From the NCBI RefSeq assembly GCF_006345805.1, contig NC_042999.1, positions 155,868,001-155,932,000 on the forward strand: DNA of 64,000 bases, written 5' to 3'. The stretch comes from Octopus sinensis (taxonomy: Eukaryota). The position numbers and the translations under genes are program-made. The notes beneath the pieces are model-generated. The model searched no databases. It was given only the letters and a program-made list of their open reading frames with translations, and was not told the DNA's origin. Below, piece by piece: positions 11,891 through 25,322 of this stretch (position 1 is the stretch's first letter; each line of letters begins with the position of its first letter).

Positions 11891-14109
11891 TGGTACCATG
11901 TGAGAGTTGTAAACAAGTGTTACCCTCATACAACGTGTGTTTACAATCTTCTGTGAAAAATATGCCTGGCCATGCAGTAATATTGGTTTCAAATTTTTTT
12001 TGCACATGGCCAGCAATTTCGGAGGAGGGGGTAAGTGAATTACACTGACCCCAGTGATTAACTGCTTTTATTTGTTTCAGTCATTTGACTGCGGCCATGC
12101 TGGAGCATCACCTTTAGGCGAACAAATCAACCCCAGGACTTAAGTTACGGAGACAAATACAGCAACACCACTTGCCAAGCAGTGGTGGGGGACAAACACA
12201 AAGACTCAAACACACAAGATTCATTCAGTTTCCGTCTACCAAATCTACTCAAGGCTTAGTAGAAGACACTTGCCCAAGGTACCATGCAGTGGGACTGAAC
12301 TCGGAACCATGTGGTTGGTAAGCAAACTTCTTCCCAAACAGCCACTTCTGCCATTCCTAAAAATAAAAATCTATTGCTGTCCATAATTTCTCTTAAACCA
12401 ACATGATGGACCCTCACCAACTCCGTTCCTTTAGAAGCTTTCTGGGTTTGTGGTAAACGAATAAAAATTACTTCAGACTACATAATAGGCCCAGTTTTTC
12501 CCCTTTTTAATTAAAGCAGAAATGATAGATATTGATCATTAGCTTCAATAAGCAGTTACCAAGAATCAATATCAGCTTTTGAATAACCTTAAAGAACATA
12601 TTGCTAATATATTTTTGGATGTTTTGAGGAAAAACCTTTAATGCTTTGTTTACCAGATTCCTGGTGATTTGCTTCCTCTTCCATGTAGATATTTAGACAA
12701 GTTGGGAAATGCTTACAGCTAAGAATGGTAGAATGATTTAAAGGAACTTCAGTCCTGCTGTGTAGTACTTTGGACAAGGGATTTTTACTATAGCTCTATG
12801 CCAACCAAAGATTTGCAATCAGATTTTATAGGCAGAAAACTGAAAGAAGCCCATCATAGATGTATGGTAAAAAGTTTGCTTTCTAACCACATGGCAACTT
12901 GAGCAAGTGTTTTCTACTATAACTGCAGGTTGACCAAAGGTTTGTGAGTGGATTTGGTAGATGGAAACTGAAAGAAGCCTGTTGTGTTATTGTCTTCTTG
13001 CCTTGAAATTGCTTGATAGTTGTAAACAAAGATGACTTATGCAAGCAGGGTCCATTTCCACTATTTTGAAAATTGTCTGGTCATATTACTTTACCTGAGG
13101 GTTGATGACAGGAAGGGCATCAGCTGTAGAAAATTTGCCTCAAATCCTGTCCGACCCATGCAAGCATCGAAAAGTAGACATTAAAACAACATTGTAGATG
13201 ACATGCACACAAACATTCATGGAAGAACGTTGTATTACTTACAATGAGAGAAGAAAGTATTACAGTAAAATGGACATATTTTCACAGAAGATCGCAGACA
13301 AATTAAGCTGTTTGTATGAATGATGATTATGTTTACAATCAATGCACAAATGTCAAGAGACACACACACACATACAATATACATAAGTACACAACAGGTT
13401 TCTTACAGTTTCCTTCTACCAAATTCATTTACAAGAAATTGGTCAGCCCAGGATCATACAAGACACTTAAGAGTGCTGTGTCGAGGGACTGAACCCATAG
13501 CCAAAGAGTTGCATTGCAAACTTCTTAACCACATAGCCATACCTGAAATACTTTTGATAATATCCCTAATTGAGACTAACTGGGGGCTAAATTATAAAGC
13601 CATTTTACACCCATACACATTGTAGCAATGTGATGATATTCAAGTTTTTCAGATACTGAGCTCGCACGAGCCAAAAATAAGTTATGAGCGATGATGGGGG
13701 GAAAGGCCTTCATGAAGTAGGAAGAGTTGAGCAAGAAGCACTGGATGCTCCATATGAAGTGAGTAATATGTTGAGTATGATGTTGAGAAAGTAACCTAAG
13801 TTTTGTGGAGTTACTGGCTCATGAGTAATTAGTCAATGTTGGTATTGATATAGAATGAATGAAAATGAAATATCAGATGTTGCTGTTGTTTCTGTGGTAG
13901 TTATTAAATGGGAGCTAAAAGAGGCACAGCTAAAATCTAAATTCCGTAGAGAAACTGTCAAGGTTTTCAGATCCTTTTTCAAGTTCTTGATTTAATTAAA
14001 TAAACAATTAGATACTGTCATTGACGACATAATGCCTTTTTGTTTATAAAATTAGTTGTCCCTGTTTAATAGAAAGTATTAACATAATAATAATAATAAT
14101 GAAAATGAT

Positions 14110-14290
14110 ATAATCAGAAAACTGCTTTATTGGGAACAGCAAAGAATTTGAGATCAGCACTTGGATGTTAAGTATCGTGGAAAGGGACCCCATGAGGCCC
14201 TTGGCAACAGGCTGTTGTCCACTCTTACAGAATTAGCCGAAGCAAATGAAATTGAGCCCTTTGAGAAGTGAAATGAAAATAACAATAATA
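14110..14290 (+). mobile_element. 3' end of an R4/Dong-like non-LTR element
   Basis: QKTALLGTAKNLRSAL C-terminal motif followed by a 3'UTR, in an (AAT)n context. Confidence 0.5.
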
Positions 14291-15209
14291 ATGATGATAA
14301 ATCATTGATGTTGAATATATTAAATTAAAAGAAATTCTTGCAAAGAAAATAACAGTAGCATTGAATTGAAAAATTGCCATTAAGTCAGAAACTCGGGGAT
14401 CAAGAGCTCTAATTATTCAGAAATTTAATAAATGAACAAAAAGGAAAAAAAATTCTATATTATTCATGAACAGAAAATATTTTCAATTGCTGTTTGTTCC
14501 AAATGCTTTACGTCTCACATTTATTCCACGTCTGTTGGTGGATTAGAGTGAAATTATTCTAAACCGCAAAAGTAACGTTAATAATGTCAATTAGACATGA
14601 AATGGAGAGGTTGGGGAGGGGCAGGTAATGTAGAATCATAACATTTCCTCATTTAAGAATTTCAAAAGAAAAAACCAAAAAAAAATCACTAAATCGAAGT
14701 TAAAACTTGGTTGTAAGCTTCGTTTGCACGCATCACAATGATGAGAGCAAACTCGCATTTAAAAGGAATGGAAGGTTACGTAATAAGACAGAAACAAAGA
14801 GAAATGCTAATGTCTGAAAATTGATCCCAAGGTAGAAGACATTCTTTGATAATAGAGTGAATCAGCTAGAAAACTTGTAGACAGCTTCCATGACAACAAA
14901 ATGTTCTTTCTCAAAGGCAGACAGGCTTACATAACGGTAATTTGTTCAGCTTTTGTCCCAGCTGTCAGTAACTAAATGGGTTGAAAAATACGTTCAGTAA
15001 AACAGTAACAACAACAACAACAATAATAAAAAAATCTACCCTTCCTTGGAATAGCTCATATTCTTAGAAAGGTACTTTCTGACTAAGGCCTTTTGTCAAG
15101 GCTTGACAGTTAACATGAAATAAAATATTAAAAAAAAATAAAAAACAGTATTTTATCTTCAAACTACGCAACAGAATATGTTCACAAATTTTAACCCAAG
15201 GCCACTGGG

Positions 15210-15522
15210 TTGTTACTGGTTATGACAAGAGTTCCACTTGATCTGATCAACAGCACGCCTTGCTCATGAAATTAACAAGTGGTTGAGTATTCCACAGACA
15301 CGTATACCCTTAATGTAATTCTCAGGGAGATTCAGTGTGACACAGAATGTGACAAGGCTGGCCGCTTTGAAATACAGGTACTACTCATTGTCAGCTGTGT
15401 GGACTGGAGCAACGTGAAATAAAGTGTCTTGTTCAAGGACACAATGCATCACCAGGAATTGAACTCAACGACCTTACAATTGTGAGCTGAATACCATAAC
15501 CACAAAGCCATGTGCCTTCACC
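15210..15522 (-). mobile_element. SINE family D, CORE-containing subfamily (also about 17432-17700 +, 22245-22455 +, 34214-34430 +)
   Basis: Same tail as 60668-61053 but with a gtgtccttgagcaagacactttatttcac CORE-like middle. Confidence 0.8.
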
Positions 15523-15756
15523 CTCAACAACAACAACACTACAAACAACACCCTGCAACATGAGATTGTCCTTTCAGTGCTGAATTTAATTTTCTAAACT
15601 GAATTAAAGTAGAGTTTGACTCAAAATCCTAGAATGTGGAAAGTAAACAGAATGACAAATGACATAAAATAGGCAACAGGTGTTCTTTAATAACGAAATA
15701 GCTTCTTTGTAGTCAACTGAACTAATCTGGTAAAGAACATGGTAGATTCTCAATAC

Positions 15757-15792
15757 CTCTCCAGTTCCAAATATTGGTTTTGTTGTCAACGC
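15757..15792 (-). CDS. Candidate 36-nt symmetric exon of osp/MPRIP (ALTTKPIFGTGE)
   Basis: Minus strand tattctgtattttgttcag|GCGTTG...GGAGAG|gtattg. Length is a multiple of 3 and it is open in phase 0, matching exon 1. No homology support. Confidence 0.45.
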
Positions 15793-18214
15793 CTGAACAA
15801 AATACAGAATACATTTAAGAGAGAGAGGGAGCACAAGAATATGTCTTTTGAGTGAATCTGGCAAATGGAAACTATACAAAGCCTGATTTGTGTGTGCTTT
15901 TGTGTGAATGTTTAGATTCTGCATTTTGCATGGAAGTCAGTGAGCTTCAAGAAAATCATCCAGTAGCTGTGTACTTTCAAAGCTGAGTTGAATGAAAACT
16001 TTACTTGGAAAGCAAATAAGGGTTAGCACCAAGAAGGGCATACAACTATAAACAAATATACTATTTATTCCATGCCAGCATATAAAATGGTTAAATGATG
16101 CTGACAGATTATATATAATTGATTATATATATCTCATTTGTTTATTCAGTGCAACAATATGACAGCTTTGAGAGTTAATGTCTGAAATTCCTTAATCACT
16201 TGCTTAAAGTCAACATCCCAATCCTATCATATTTGCTGGTTCCAACAGAACCATTAAAATAATTTTTTTTTATTGTATTTCAGTGACAGAACTAAGGTTT
16301 GAACTCTCAACACACAGAGCCAAATACATTGTGTCCAGTACATTACCAACTTACTGCCTTGAACTGGTGTCTTATTCATTGATCCAGAATGCATGAAGGG
16401 TAAAGTCAACCTAGGATTTGAACATGGGTGCAGAAAGTCAAAACAAATACGAGAGAGCATTTTACCAATTCTGCCAATCCAATACCACTATATATCTTAT
16501 CTTTTGTAGATGGAAACTGGAAGAAGCTAGTCATTTACATGCGAGCAGCACCGTCATGTAAGTGATACTGTTCATTTCCATACTTCTATGGAAAACATAT
16601 CTGACGATGGGAAAGGAAATATTTGGAATGAGGTGATTACAAACAGGAAGAAAATTTGCTTCAAGGAATACCATGTGACACACGCAAACAGAGCAGTGGA
16701 CGAAGGTGGTAGATGAAAAGTTACATCATTATTTAAGATCAAAATTCTTGCAAATTAATTTCAAAATTGAAAAACCAAAAGTAACAAAAAATATCAGAGC
16801 CAGAACTGAACTATAAACATCACATGAATGAATGATTCTAGATCAACATTCTAAGACTGATTTTGATCAGAAAAGTTTTAAGAGTTTTATAAATAAATCT
16901 AATTTCAGCACACAGAATACATTAACATTTACAAGAAACAAACATAACAAAAATTAAACATAACAAATAAAGAACAGAATTTATTCACACTTAAAGTCCA
17001 TCTCTGATTGCTATGAAGCTAATTTGTAACAGATGAAATTATGAATGTTACAAGATATTTATTTTAAATTTGAAATAATTCATTAAACTTGATTTTTTTG
17101 TATTAAAATTTTTGTAAAAAATTTTCCATTCAAAATAATTCCATGAGTCATAAAAGTTCTTTTTTTTTCGTTTTTTAAATTTCTTCAATACTTGATGATT
17201 TTTATACTCTCGTTAAAATGAAAGTTTCCTATTACAGTGCAATGCCATTACAGAAAACCAAAGTGCTCTGCTTTGCTTATTTTCTCTTCCTTTTCTTTCT
17301 TAAGTCAACTGCTTCTACAAATTACCGACAACTGCCTCATAGTAAACAACTGCATGACTGAGTAAACAGCAGCAAGAATTAAAATCAGGCGAAAAGTGCA
17401 ACTTAGATATTCATTCTGTTATAACCTCTTCGTGAAGGCAAGTGGCTAAGTGGTTAAGTCATTTGGCTCACAGATGTAAGAATGTGAGTTCGATTCCTGG
17501 CAGTGCATTGTGTCTGAGCAAGGGACTTATTTCACATTACCCCAGGCCACTCAGCTGGCAAAAATGAGTTGTACCCATAATTCAAAGGGCCGGGCTTGTC
17601 ACATTCTGTGTCATGCTGAATCTCCTGAGAATTACATTAAGGGCATGTATGTCAGTGGAGCACTCGGCCACTTGCACAGTAATTTTATGGATGGGCTGCT
17701 CTGAAGATTTTTGGTTACGATATGAGTTCCAGTTTATTCAGAGTGCCAGACCTCTTTGTTACTAATTTACTTGAACAAAACTGAGGTTAGAACATGGGTT
17801 AGATGGAGTTAGTCGATGCAGATTTTCTACAGCTGCATGTCCTCCTTGTTGCCAACCCTCACCAGTTTCCAAATAAAGTAAAATTTCCCTCTGGCAGGAC
17901 ATGTTTTCATGAAAGATTGGAAATGGATGATACAGCATGTATGGCAGTGATGCTCATTTACAACAACTGTACAAGAAAATACACACACACACACACACGT
18001 ATGCATGTGCTTGTATATACACATACATACATGATGAGCTTTTAAAGCTTATAGCTATCAAATCCAGTCATAGGGCTTTAGTTGGCTCAGCTGAATAATG
18101 GAAGACACTTGCCCAAAGTACACACACACAGTGGGACTGAACCCAAAACCTCACCAGCAGCAACAACAATTATTTACCTGTGTTCATCACACACCTACAG
18201 CATTTAAAAAAATT

Positions 18215-19738
18215 CTTTTGTTTCAGTTATTTGACTGCAGCCATGCTGGAGCACTGCCTTCAGTTGAACAAGCTGAGCGGAGGATATTCTTTGTGATACT
18301 AGTACTTATTCTGTCAGTCACTTTTGCCAAACCACTAAGTTACAGGGACGTAAACACACCAGCATCGGTTGCCAAGCGATGTAGGGGGACAAACACACAT
18401 ACAAACATATATACGATGGGCTTCTTTCAGTTTCCATCCACCAAATGCACTCAAGGCTTTGGTCAGCCTGAGGCTATAGTAAGACACTTGCCCATGGTGC
18501 CGCCATGCAGTGGGACTGAACCTAGAACCATGTGGTTGGGAAGTAAACTTCTTACCGCACAGCCACGCCTATGCCAAGTTTGCTAATGTCTCGTGGTTAT
18601 TCTTTATAAAAAGTCGATCTACATGCTAAGTTAAATCAATAAACAGGAGACGAACACACAATCTGTTACAAAACTGGCACAGTTTCCAGTTGAGTGTCTG
18701 CTTCAGCTAAATTCCCATCTCTGCCAAAAAGATTGAAATTCAGACATGATTGAACAGAAAGACACATTCAAGCAGATTATGTCTTTGTAAGGCTGACCAT
18801 ATATCTACATGTGTTATCTTCTATCGATTACTTGTTTCAGCCAGTAGACAGTGGCCATGCTGGAGCACTGCCTTGAAGAATTCTAGGTAAACTAACTGAC
18901 CCCAGTACTTGTTTTTTTGGGTTTTTTTTTTTGCTTTAAAGCTTGGTACTTATTCTATCGACCTCTTTTGCTGACTTGCTAATGTTGCAGTGGTAGTGGA
19001 AGCAAAGACAGACAGATAGACAGACAGACACACTTTCAGTTTCTATCAACCAAATCCACTTGCAAGACTTCGGTTGGCCCGAGGCTACAATAAAAGACAT
19101 TTGCCCTAGGCGCCATACAGCAGGACTGAACCTGGAACCATGTGGTTGGGAAGCAAACTTCATACCACAGACATACCAATTCTTCAGCAAAATTACAACT
19201 AAATATTTTTGGTATATTCATTTGATGATTAGTTATTTTGTTGAGTCTACAGTCAAGGAAGTGTGGATACTTTACAACTTAAACCATTAACAAAAAAACA
19301 TGAATATATGGTTGGTCTAAAGAAATGCATCAGGTTGGAAAACACCTGCTGTGAGCAGGTGTCACTAGTAGTGACATTTAAGAAAACTGGCACAGCTGGA
19401 TAGGTCCCAAAAAAAAAACTCATTTTGTGAGCACATGGTTTTGAGTTCAGTCCCATTACACAACTCCTTGGATAAGTGTCTTCTACTATAACCCTAGGAC
19501 AATCAATGCCTTGTGAGTGAATTTGGTTGATGGAAACTGTGGATGCAGGCACTAAGTGTGTATGACCCACACCTCTTGACAGCCAGTGTGGATTCATTTT
19601 CTCATAAGTTTGGTAAAACAATGACAGAGTAAGTAACAGACTTCAAGCAAAATAGGTACTGAGGCTGGTTTGTTCAATTAAACACTTCAAGGTGGTGCCC
19701 CAGTATGGCCATGGTCCAATGACTGAAACAAGAAAAAA
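18215..19738. mobile_element. Cluster of SINE family A copies: 18215-18572 (-), 18828-19178 (-), 19425-19738 (+)
   Basis: Alignment by eye to the family A consensus; CpGs decayed to TG/CA. Confidence 0.8.
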
Positions 19739-20664
19739 TAGTTCCCAAAGGTGCAGTTGGCCCCAAGGCAGTAACTGACCTAATTCTTCTTCTACCCTAT
19801 CATACTCATCTGTTCAAACACGCTCACACACAGTAAATTCTGAATCCTGACTATAAATACATGCTTTTAGTTGCCGAATTAGATTATTCTTTTCCTAGAT
19901 TTGATAAAGTAATCTGATAAAAGCTAAACAATAATGCTTATCAGACAACAATGAAATAACAAATATAAAACAATGCAGTTACTACACCACAAAGTCAGTT
20001 ATGGCAAGCTCCAGCTTCTTTAGCCTGGCTGTGTGCTTTAAGTGAAAAACTCTTGTTTATATTTCACATTAAGTTAACAGAGTGGAAGCTGACAAGTCTG
20101 ACCCTAATGTCATCAAGGACAATATCACTCCACAGAGTAGCACACTATTATTATTTATTGCTGATGATATTGCTGAGTGAGTAAAGTGTGGGGGTGGAGC
20201 TATATTTCCTGTTGGGGGTTGGGTTGACAGCAAGTGCTTAACCCAAAGCTAGAAACCACAACAATTGTAACATCCTCTTGTTGCACGTGCACCACGGATG
20301 CACAAGCTCAAAGCCATATAAAAGCCCTCCACCACCACCACACATAGCAATATAACTACAGCAACATCGCTAAATTTAATTACTACAGCAGGTCAATTAA
20401 ATTATTCTTTGCAGCTAATTGTTAATATAGTTTTGCAAGGAAAATAAATTAATTGCAATAAAAACCAGCTGATGAATAATAGTTAAAACTGTTAAAGAAA
20501 GAAAGAAAGGAAGGAAACAATTTTAAATAGCACTTTTCACCCAGTCTGTAGAATTTAAAGAGGACTTAAAAATATTTCATAGAAAGTGTAACTGGTAGAG
20601 ACAAGAGCTGCCCACTTGGCAACTTGTGGCTTAATATAGTCTGCCATTGATATTGTGATGTATC

Positions 20665-21319
20665 TGTTTGTTAAGTTTGCTGCTCAACCACATGGTTTCA
20701 GGTTCAGTCCCAGTGCATGGCACCTTGGGCAAGTAACTTCTACTATAGCCCCAGTGATTATGGGGAAAAGCATTTTTTGATTACATTGGCCCCAGTGTTC
20801 AAAAGGATGAAGGCAAAGTGAACCGTGACAGAATCTGAACTCAAGTGACTTCTACTATAGCATAGTGAATGGATTTGGTAGACAGAAACAAAGAAACCCC
20901 CATCTCACATGTGTGTGGAGGGTGTGTGGGTGGTGTGTGAGTGGTGTGGTATGTGTGTGGTGTATGGTTGGTGTGTGAGTGGGTGGTGTGTAAGTGGTGT
21001 GATGTGTAGGGGTGGCATGTGGCACGCGTGGTGTGTTGTGCAGCATGTGTGCGTGCATGGTGTGTGTATGCATGCATCCCACCACTGTTTGACAACTGGT
21101 GTTGGCGTATTTATGTCCCTATAACTTAGCATTCTAGCAAAACGGACTGATAGAGTACCACTCAACACAGCCATGCTGGGGCACCATCTTGTTCTTTTAG
21201 TCGAATAAAATACCTGTTTTTCAAAGCCTGGTACTTTTTCTATCAGTATCTTTTGCCAAACAGCTAAGTAACAGAGATACACACACCAACATTGGTTGTC
21301 AAGCAGTGGTAAGAGACAA

Positions 21320-21352
<33 letters not shown>

Positions 21353-22243
21353 GCAGGATTCTTTTAGTTTCCATCAGTCAAATCCACTCGCAACACTTTG
21401 ACATTTGCCCAAGGTGGCATGCAGTGGGACTGAAACCAGGACCATGTGATTGGGGAAGAAACTTCTTACCACACAGCCATGCCTGTGTCTGCTGTTGTGT
21501 CCACCATTCTGATTAGGCTGCCACTCTATTATTTTCAAATTCCATATCCGCTGAGCATTTTATCTTGGTCGGTTTCATATTATTTAGGCATGTAAATAGA
21601 AGGTTAGCTAAGCTGGAGAGTGATATCAATTTTGGTGTAGATAAACATCTTAGATTTGTTAAATGTTTTGAGTATGGTGCGGTAAATCCAGAGTTATATA
21701 AGCTGTAGATAAACAACACGGCTGAGGATATTCACAGAAATGAGGTGGTGGGATGGAAGGTGAGGAAAGGGTAGAGTTTAATCATGCTGATACAAGGGGA
21801 AAATTAAGCGAGAATTTATTATATTACCACTTTACACCTGTTTATTTTTATACTGCCATCAGTGAGAGGAGTTTTATATATTCTTATATTTTTGTTTTGG
21901 TCATTGACCGCGGCCATGCTGGAGCACCACCTTTTCGTTGAAGAAATTGACCTCTGGACTTATTCTTTGTAAGCCTGGTACTTATTCTATCGGTCTCTTT
22001 TGCTGAACCTCTAAGCTACGGGGACATAAACACACCAAGCTCGATTGTTAAGGAGTGGTGGCGGGACAAACAGACAAATACACAAACATATATATATGAC
22101 AGGCTTCTTTCAGTTTCCATCTAACAAATCCACCCACAAGGCTTTGGTCGGCCCAAGGTTATAGAAGACACTTGCCCAAGGTACCATGCAGTGAAACTGA
22201 ACCTGGAACCATACAGTTGAGAAGCAAGCTTCTTACCACACAG
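20665..22243. mobile_element. SINE family A copies: about 20665-21160 (+), 21168-21486 (-), 21890-22243 (-)
   Basis: Family A head and tail motifs; the first two are tail-to-tail. Confidence 0.8.
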
Positions 22244-23789
22244 TGGCATGTGTCCTTGAGCAAGACACTTTATTTCACACTGCTTCAGTCAACTCAGCTG
22301 GCAAAAATTAGTTGTACACTGTGTCACACTGAATTTCTCTGAGAACTATGTTATGGTCACATGTGTCTGTGGAGCAACAGCCATTTGCACTTTAATTTCA
22401 CGAGTAGGCAGTTCTGTTGATCAGATTAACTGGAACACTTATAACCAATGGAGTATGAGTCAAAGCCATTTGAAATTACTGAAGTTTTCACATAAAACAT
22501 CATTCCTTTGATTGACTTCAATGGCATTCACACGATTACAAGCATTTGGACCAGGCTTTGGGACAGAGGGTAGAGGCCTCAACGCGACTCACTTCCCCAC
22601 AGCATTTTATGTGATACCTCTGTTTATCAGGGCATATACACATAATGGAAGACTGCCACCAAATGGGACAGGGTCCTAGTTTCATGAATAATGCCTCAAG
22701 AGACTGTCTTAGTAACTAGCACATACCCCGATATATTCCTAACCCCTGTGGATATGACTGAGATCAATAAAATTTATTAATAATAAATAATGATTTCAAA
22801 TTTTTGCCACAAGGGCATCGCGGGGAGGGGATTAAGTCAATTACATTTACCCCAGTGCGTAACTGGTACTTTATTTTATTGACCCCCAAAAGGATGAAAG
22901 GCAAAGTTGACCTCGGTGGAATTTGAACTCAGAGCGTAGCAACAGATGCTAACGATTCTACCAGCTCACCGCCTTAATAATAATAATTGTTGCAGATTTT
23001 GGCACAAGGTCAGCGATTATAGGGAAAAGCATTTTTTGATTACATTGGCCCCAGTGTTCAACTGGTACTTTATTGACCCCAAAAGGATTGTCAACTGTGA
23101 CAGAATCTGAACTCAAAACATTATCCCATTAGCATTCAGATTACGCTGTCAAATGCAATGTTTATTTATTCACATTGTTTTGAATTTATCTGGCATTATC
23201 TTGTAGTTTCAAGATTTCAACAACGTGATTGTTTATTTTTACAATGGCATTATAGGGTTACTGAGAGAGGCCAGATTTGGCTGGGATGAACATGAAACAG
23301 GTAGAATACCTTGGCCTAATATGGATGGTTTAAATACTAAAGGGTTAAAGAGCCAACAGAAATGCCATGAAACATTTGGACTTCTCAATTTTACAGGTTT
23401 AACCTCTATAATAAACCATTATCTAATTCATGACTAACGGATTTTTATGATGAAAACTACTTGGCATTCAGTATAGAAACATAGTAGTAGTAGTAGTAGT
23501 AGTAACTAGTAGCAGTAGTAGTAGTGTTTTCTTTCATGGCATGCAAAGAGAATGAAAGTCCTTCACCAAATTTAGATCAAATGTAAAGAGAATCCACTTG
23601 AGTTGCAACAGTTCGGATAATTGAAGGAGTTGTCGATTTGTTTTCTTAATCCTGATATATTTTTAACACTGTAATATTAGGTTCTAAAACTTAGAGAGCA
23701 ATTAAAATGGTATGCCAAAATTACATAATTTCTGCTTGTGCGTGTCTGTACATTATAAAAATGATGCATGTATTTATACACACACACAC

Positions 23790-23820
<31 letters not shown>

Positions 23821-24728
23821 TATATATACATACATGGGTGTGCATGATTGTGTATAGAATATAGTACTCAAATTCCAACTTTGATTTTCACATTTTATTT
23901 ACAAGTAAAAAGCACCCACTACACTCCCAGAGTGGTTGGCATTAGGAAGGGCATCCAATTGTAGAAACTTTGCCAAATCAGATTGGAGCCTGGTGCAGCT
24001 CCTGGCTTGCCAGTCCCCAGTCAAACAGTCCAACTTATGCCTGCATGGAAAGCATAGGTTACAATATCAAATGTCCATTCTGATTGAACTAGCACTTTCA
24101 TGCATTAAACTATGTAATCTTGAGGTTCATGTAGTAGTGGTGACAGTTACATTTTACAATTTACAACTGTGGCGAGATGGCTAAATTGTGTGCCTTAAAT
24201 ATAAATATGTGTGTGTGTGTGTGTGTGTATACACACGCAAACATACAGATGATGTATGAGAGCTAGATATGCTTAGGATAGAAAACTTGCAGTGGTGCTT
24301 AAAGGAGTTGAACAAACTCTAAATACTTTATCCAGGACTAGGTCCACACCATCAAGAATGGCTTTAACAGAAATCCAGATGAGTTGATGTGGAGATAGTG
24401 ATGCAGATCAACGATTTCTTTTTTGTTTCAATCATTGGATCACAGCCACGCTGGAGCACTTCTGATCCCAGCATTTATTTTCATGTCTGGTATTTATTCT
24501 ATGGGTCTCTTTTGCCACACCACTAAATTATGGGAATGTAAACAAACCAGCACTGGTTGTGAAACTGGTGAGAAAAATATAAAGGCAGATATTAGCTGGA
24601 AACGATGTTTCCAGCTGGTTAAACAACAATAACATTCGTCCAATCCAGGACTGCCACATTATGTTGGCAAATAGTTTTTACTTTAAAGTACTGTTAATGA
24701 ATATCTCTTTGAGAGATTTAGAAATAAT

Positions 24729-24778
<50 letters not shown>

Positions 24779-25285
24779 CACACGCACACATTTAGAGAGA
24801 GCATAAAAAATACAGATTACCAAGAAGAGAATACACATATATATAATGTATGTGTGTGTCTACTTCCTAACAGTTTTAGTCAACCTGAGCTTATAGAAGA
24901 TAACTGCCCAAGATGCTGTGTAATACAAATTTCCTAACCACAAACTACAGCTGGTGAACTTGGACATATGAGAGCTTGAAACAAAAGCCGCCACTTCTTA
25001 ATAGGTTTTTGGATTTGATACACTCCAGACTACTTAAAATAGTACAGTGGTTTTGTTTGGTCTGATCAATTCATGCACCACTTGTACCAGTACCAGGTTT
25101 CTCAATGGCACCCCCCCCCCACACACACACCAAAAACTATTTCAAGACATGTAAAACTTTTAAAATACACAATCAAATGAAATCTAAAACAAGATTTTTC
25201 AAGTATCAACTGTTAAATATTTATATTTGGGTCCAAACACTTGTCCAGTTCAGCAATGTTAACACGCGTGAGTATATGCATGTGA

Positions 25286-25322
<37 letters not shown>

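Noticed and set aside
14931-14971. Possible minus-strand exon (tttag or gacag acceptor, gtaagc donor)
   Set aside because: 31 or 41 nt shifts the frame into stops when joined to the other candidates; the donor overlaps a D-box motif that explains the sequence equally well.
17326-17357. Possible 32-nt minus-strand exon / paired GTAAACA forkhead sites
   Set aside because: Frame-shifting and weakly supported; such short motifs are expected by chance in AT-rich DNA.
18098-18586. Recurrent ORFs with FDCGHAGAPP / [16 protein letters not shown] motifs
   Set aside because: Chance frames through SINE family A; they recur because the SINE recurs.
21513-21719. ORF with LYNSGF/APYSKHLTN resembling Penelope linker motifs
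   Set aside because: Similarity too short to support a call.
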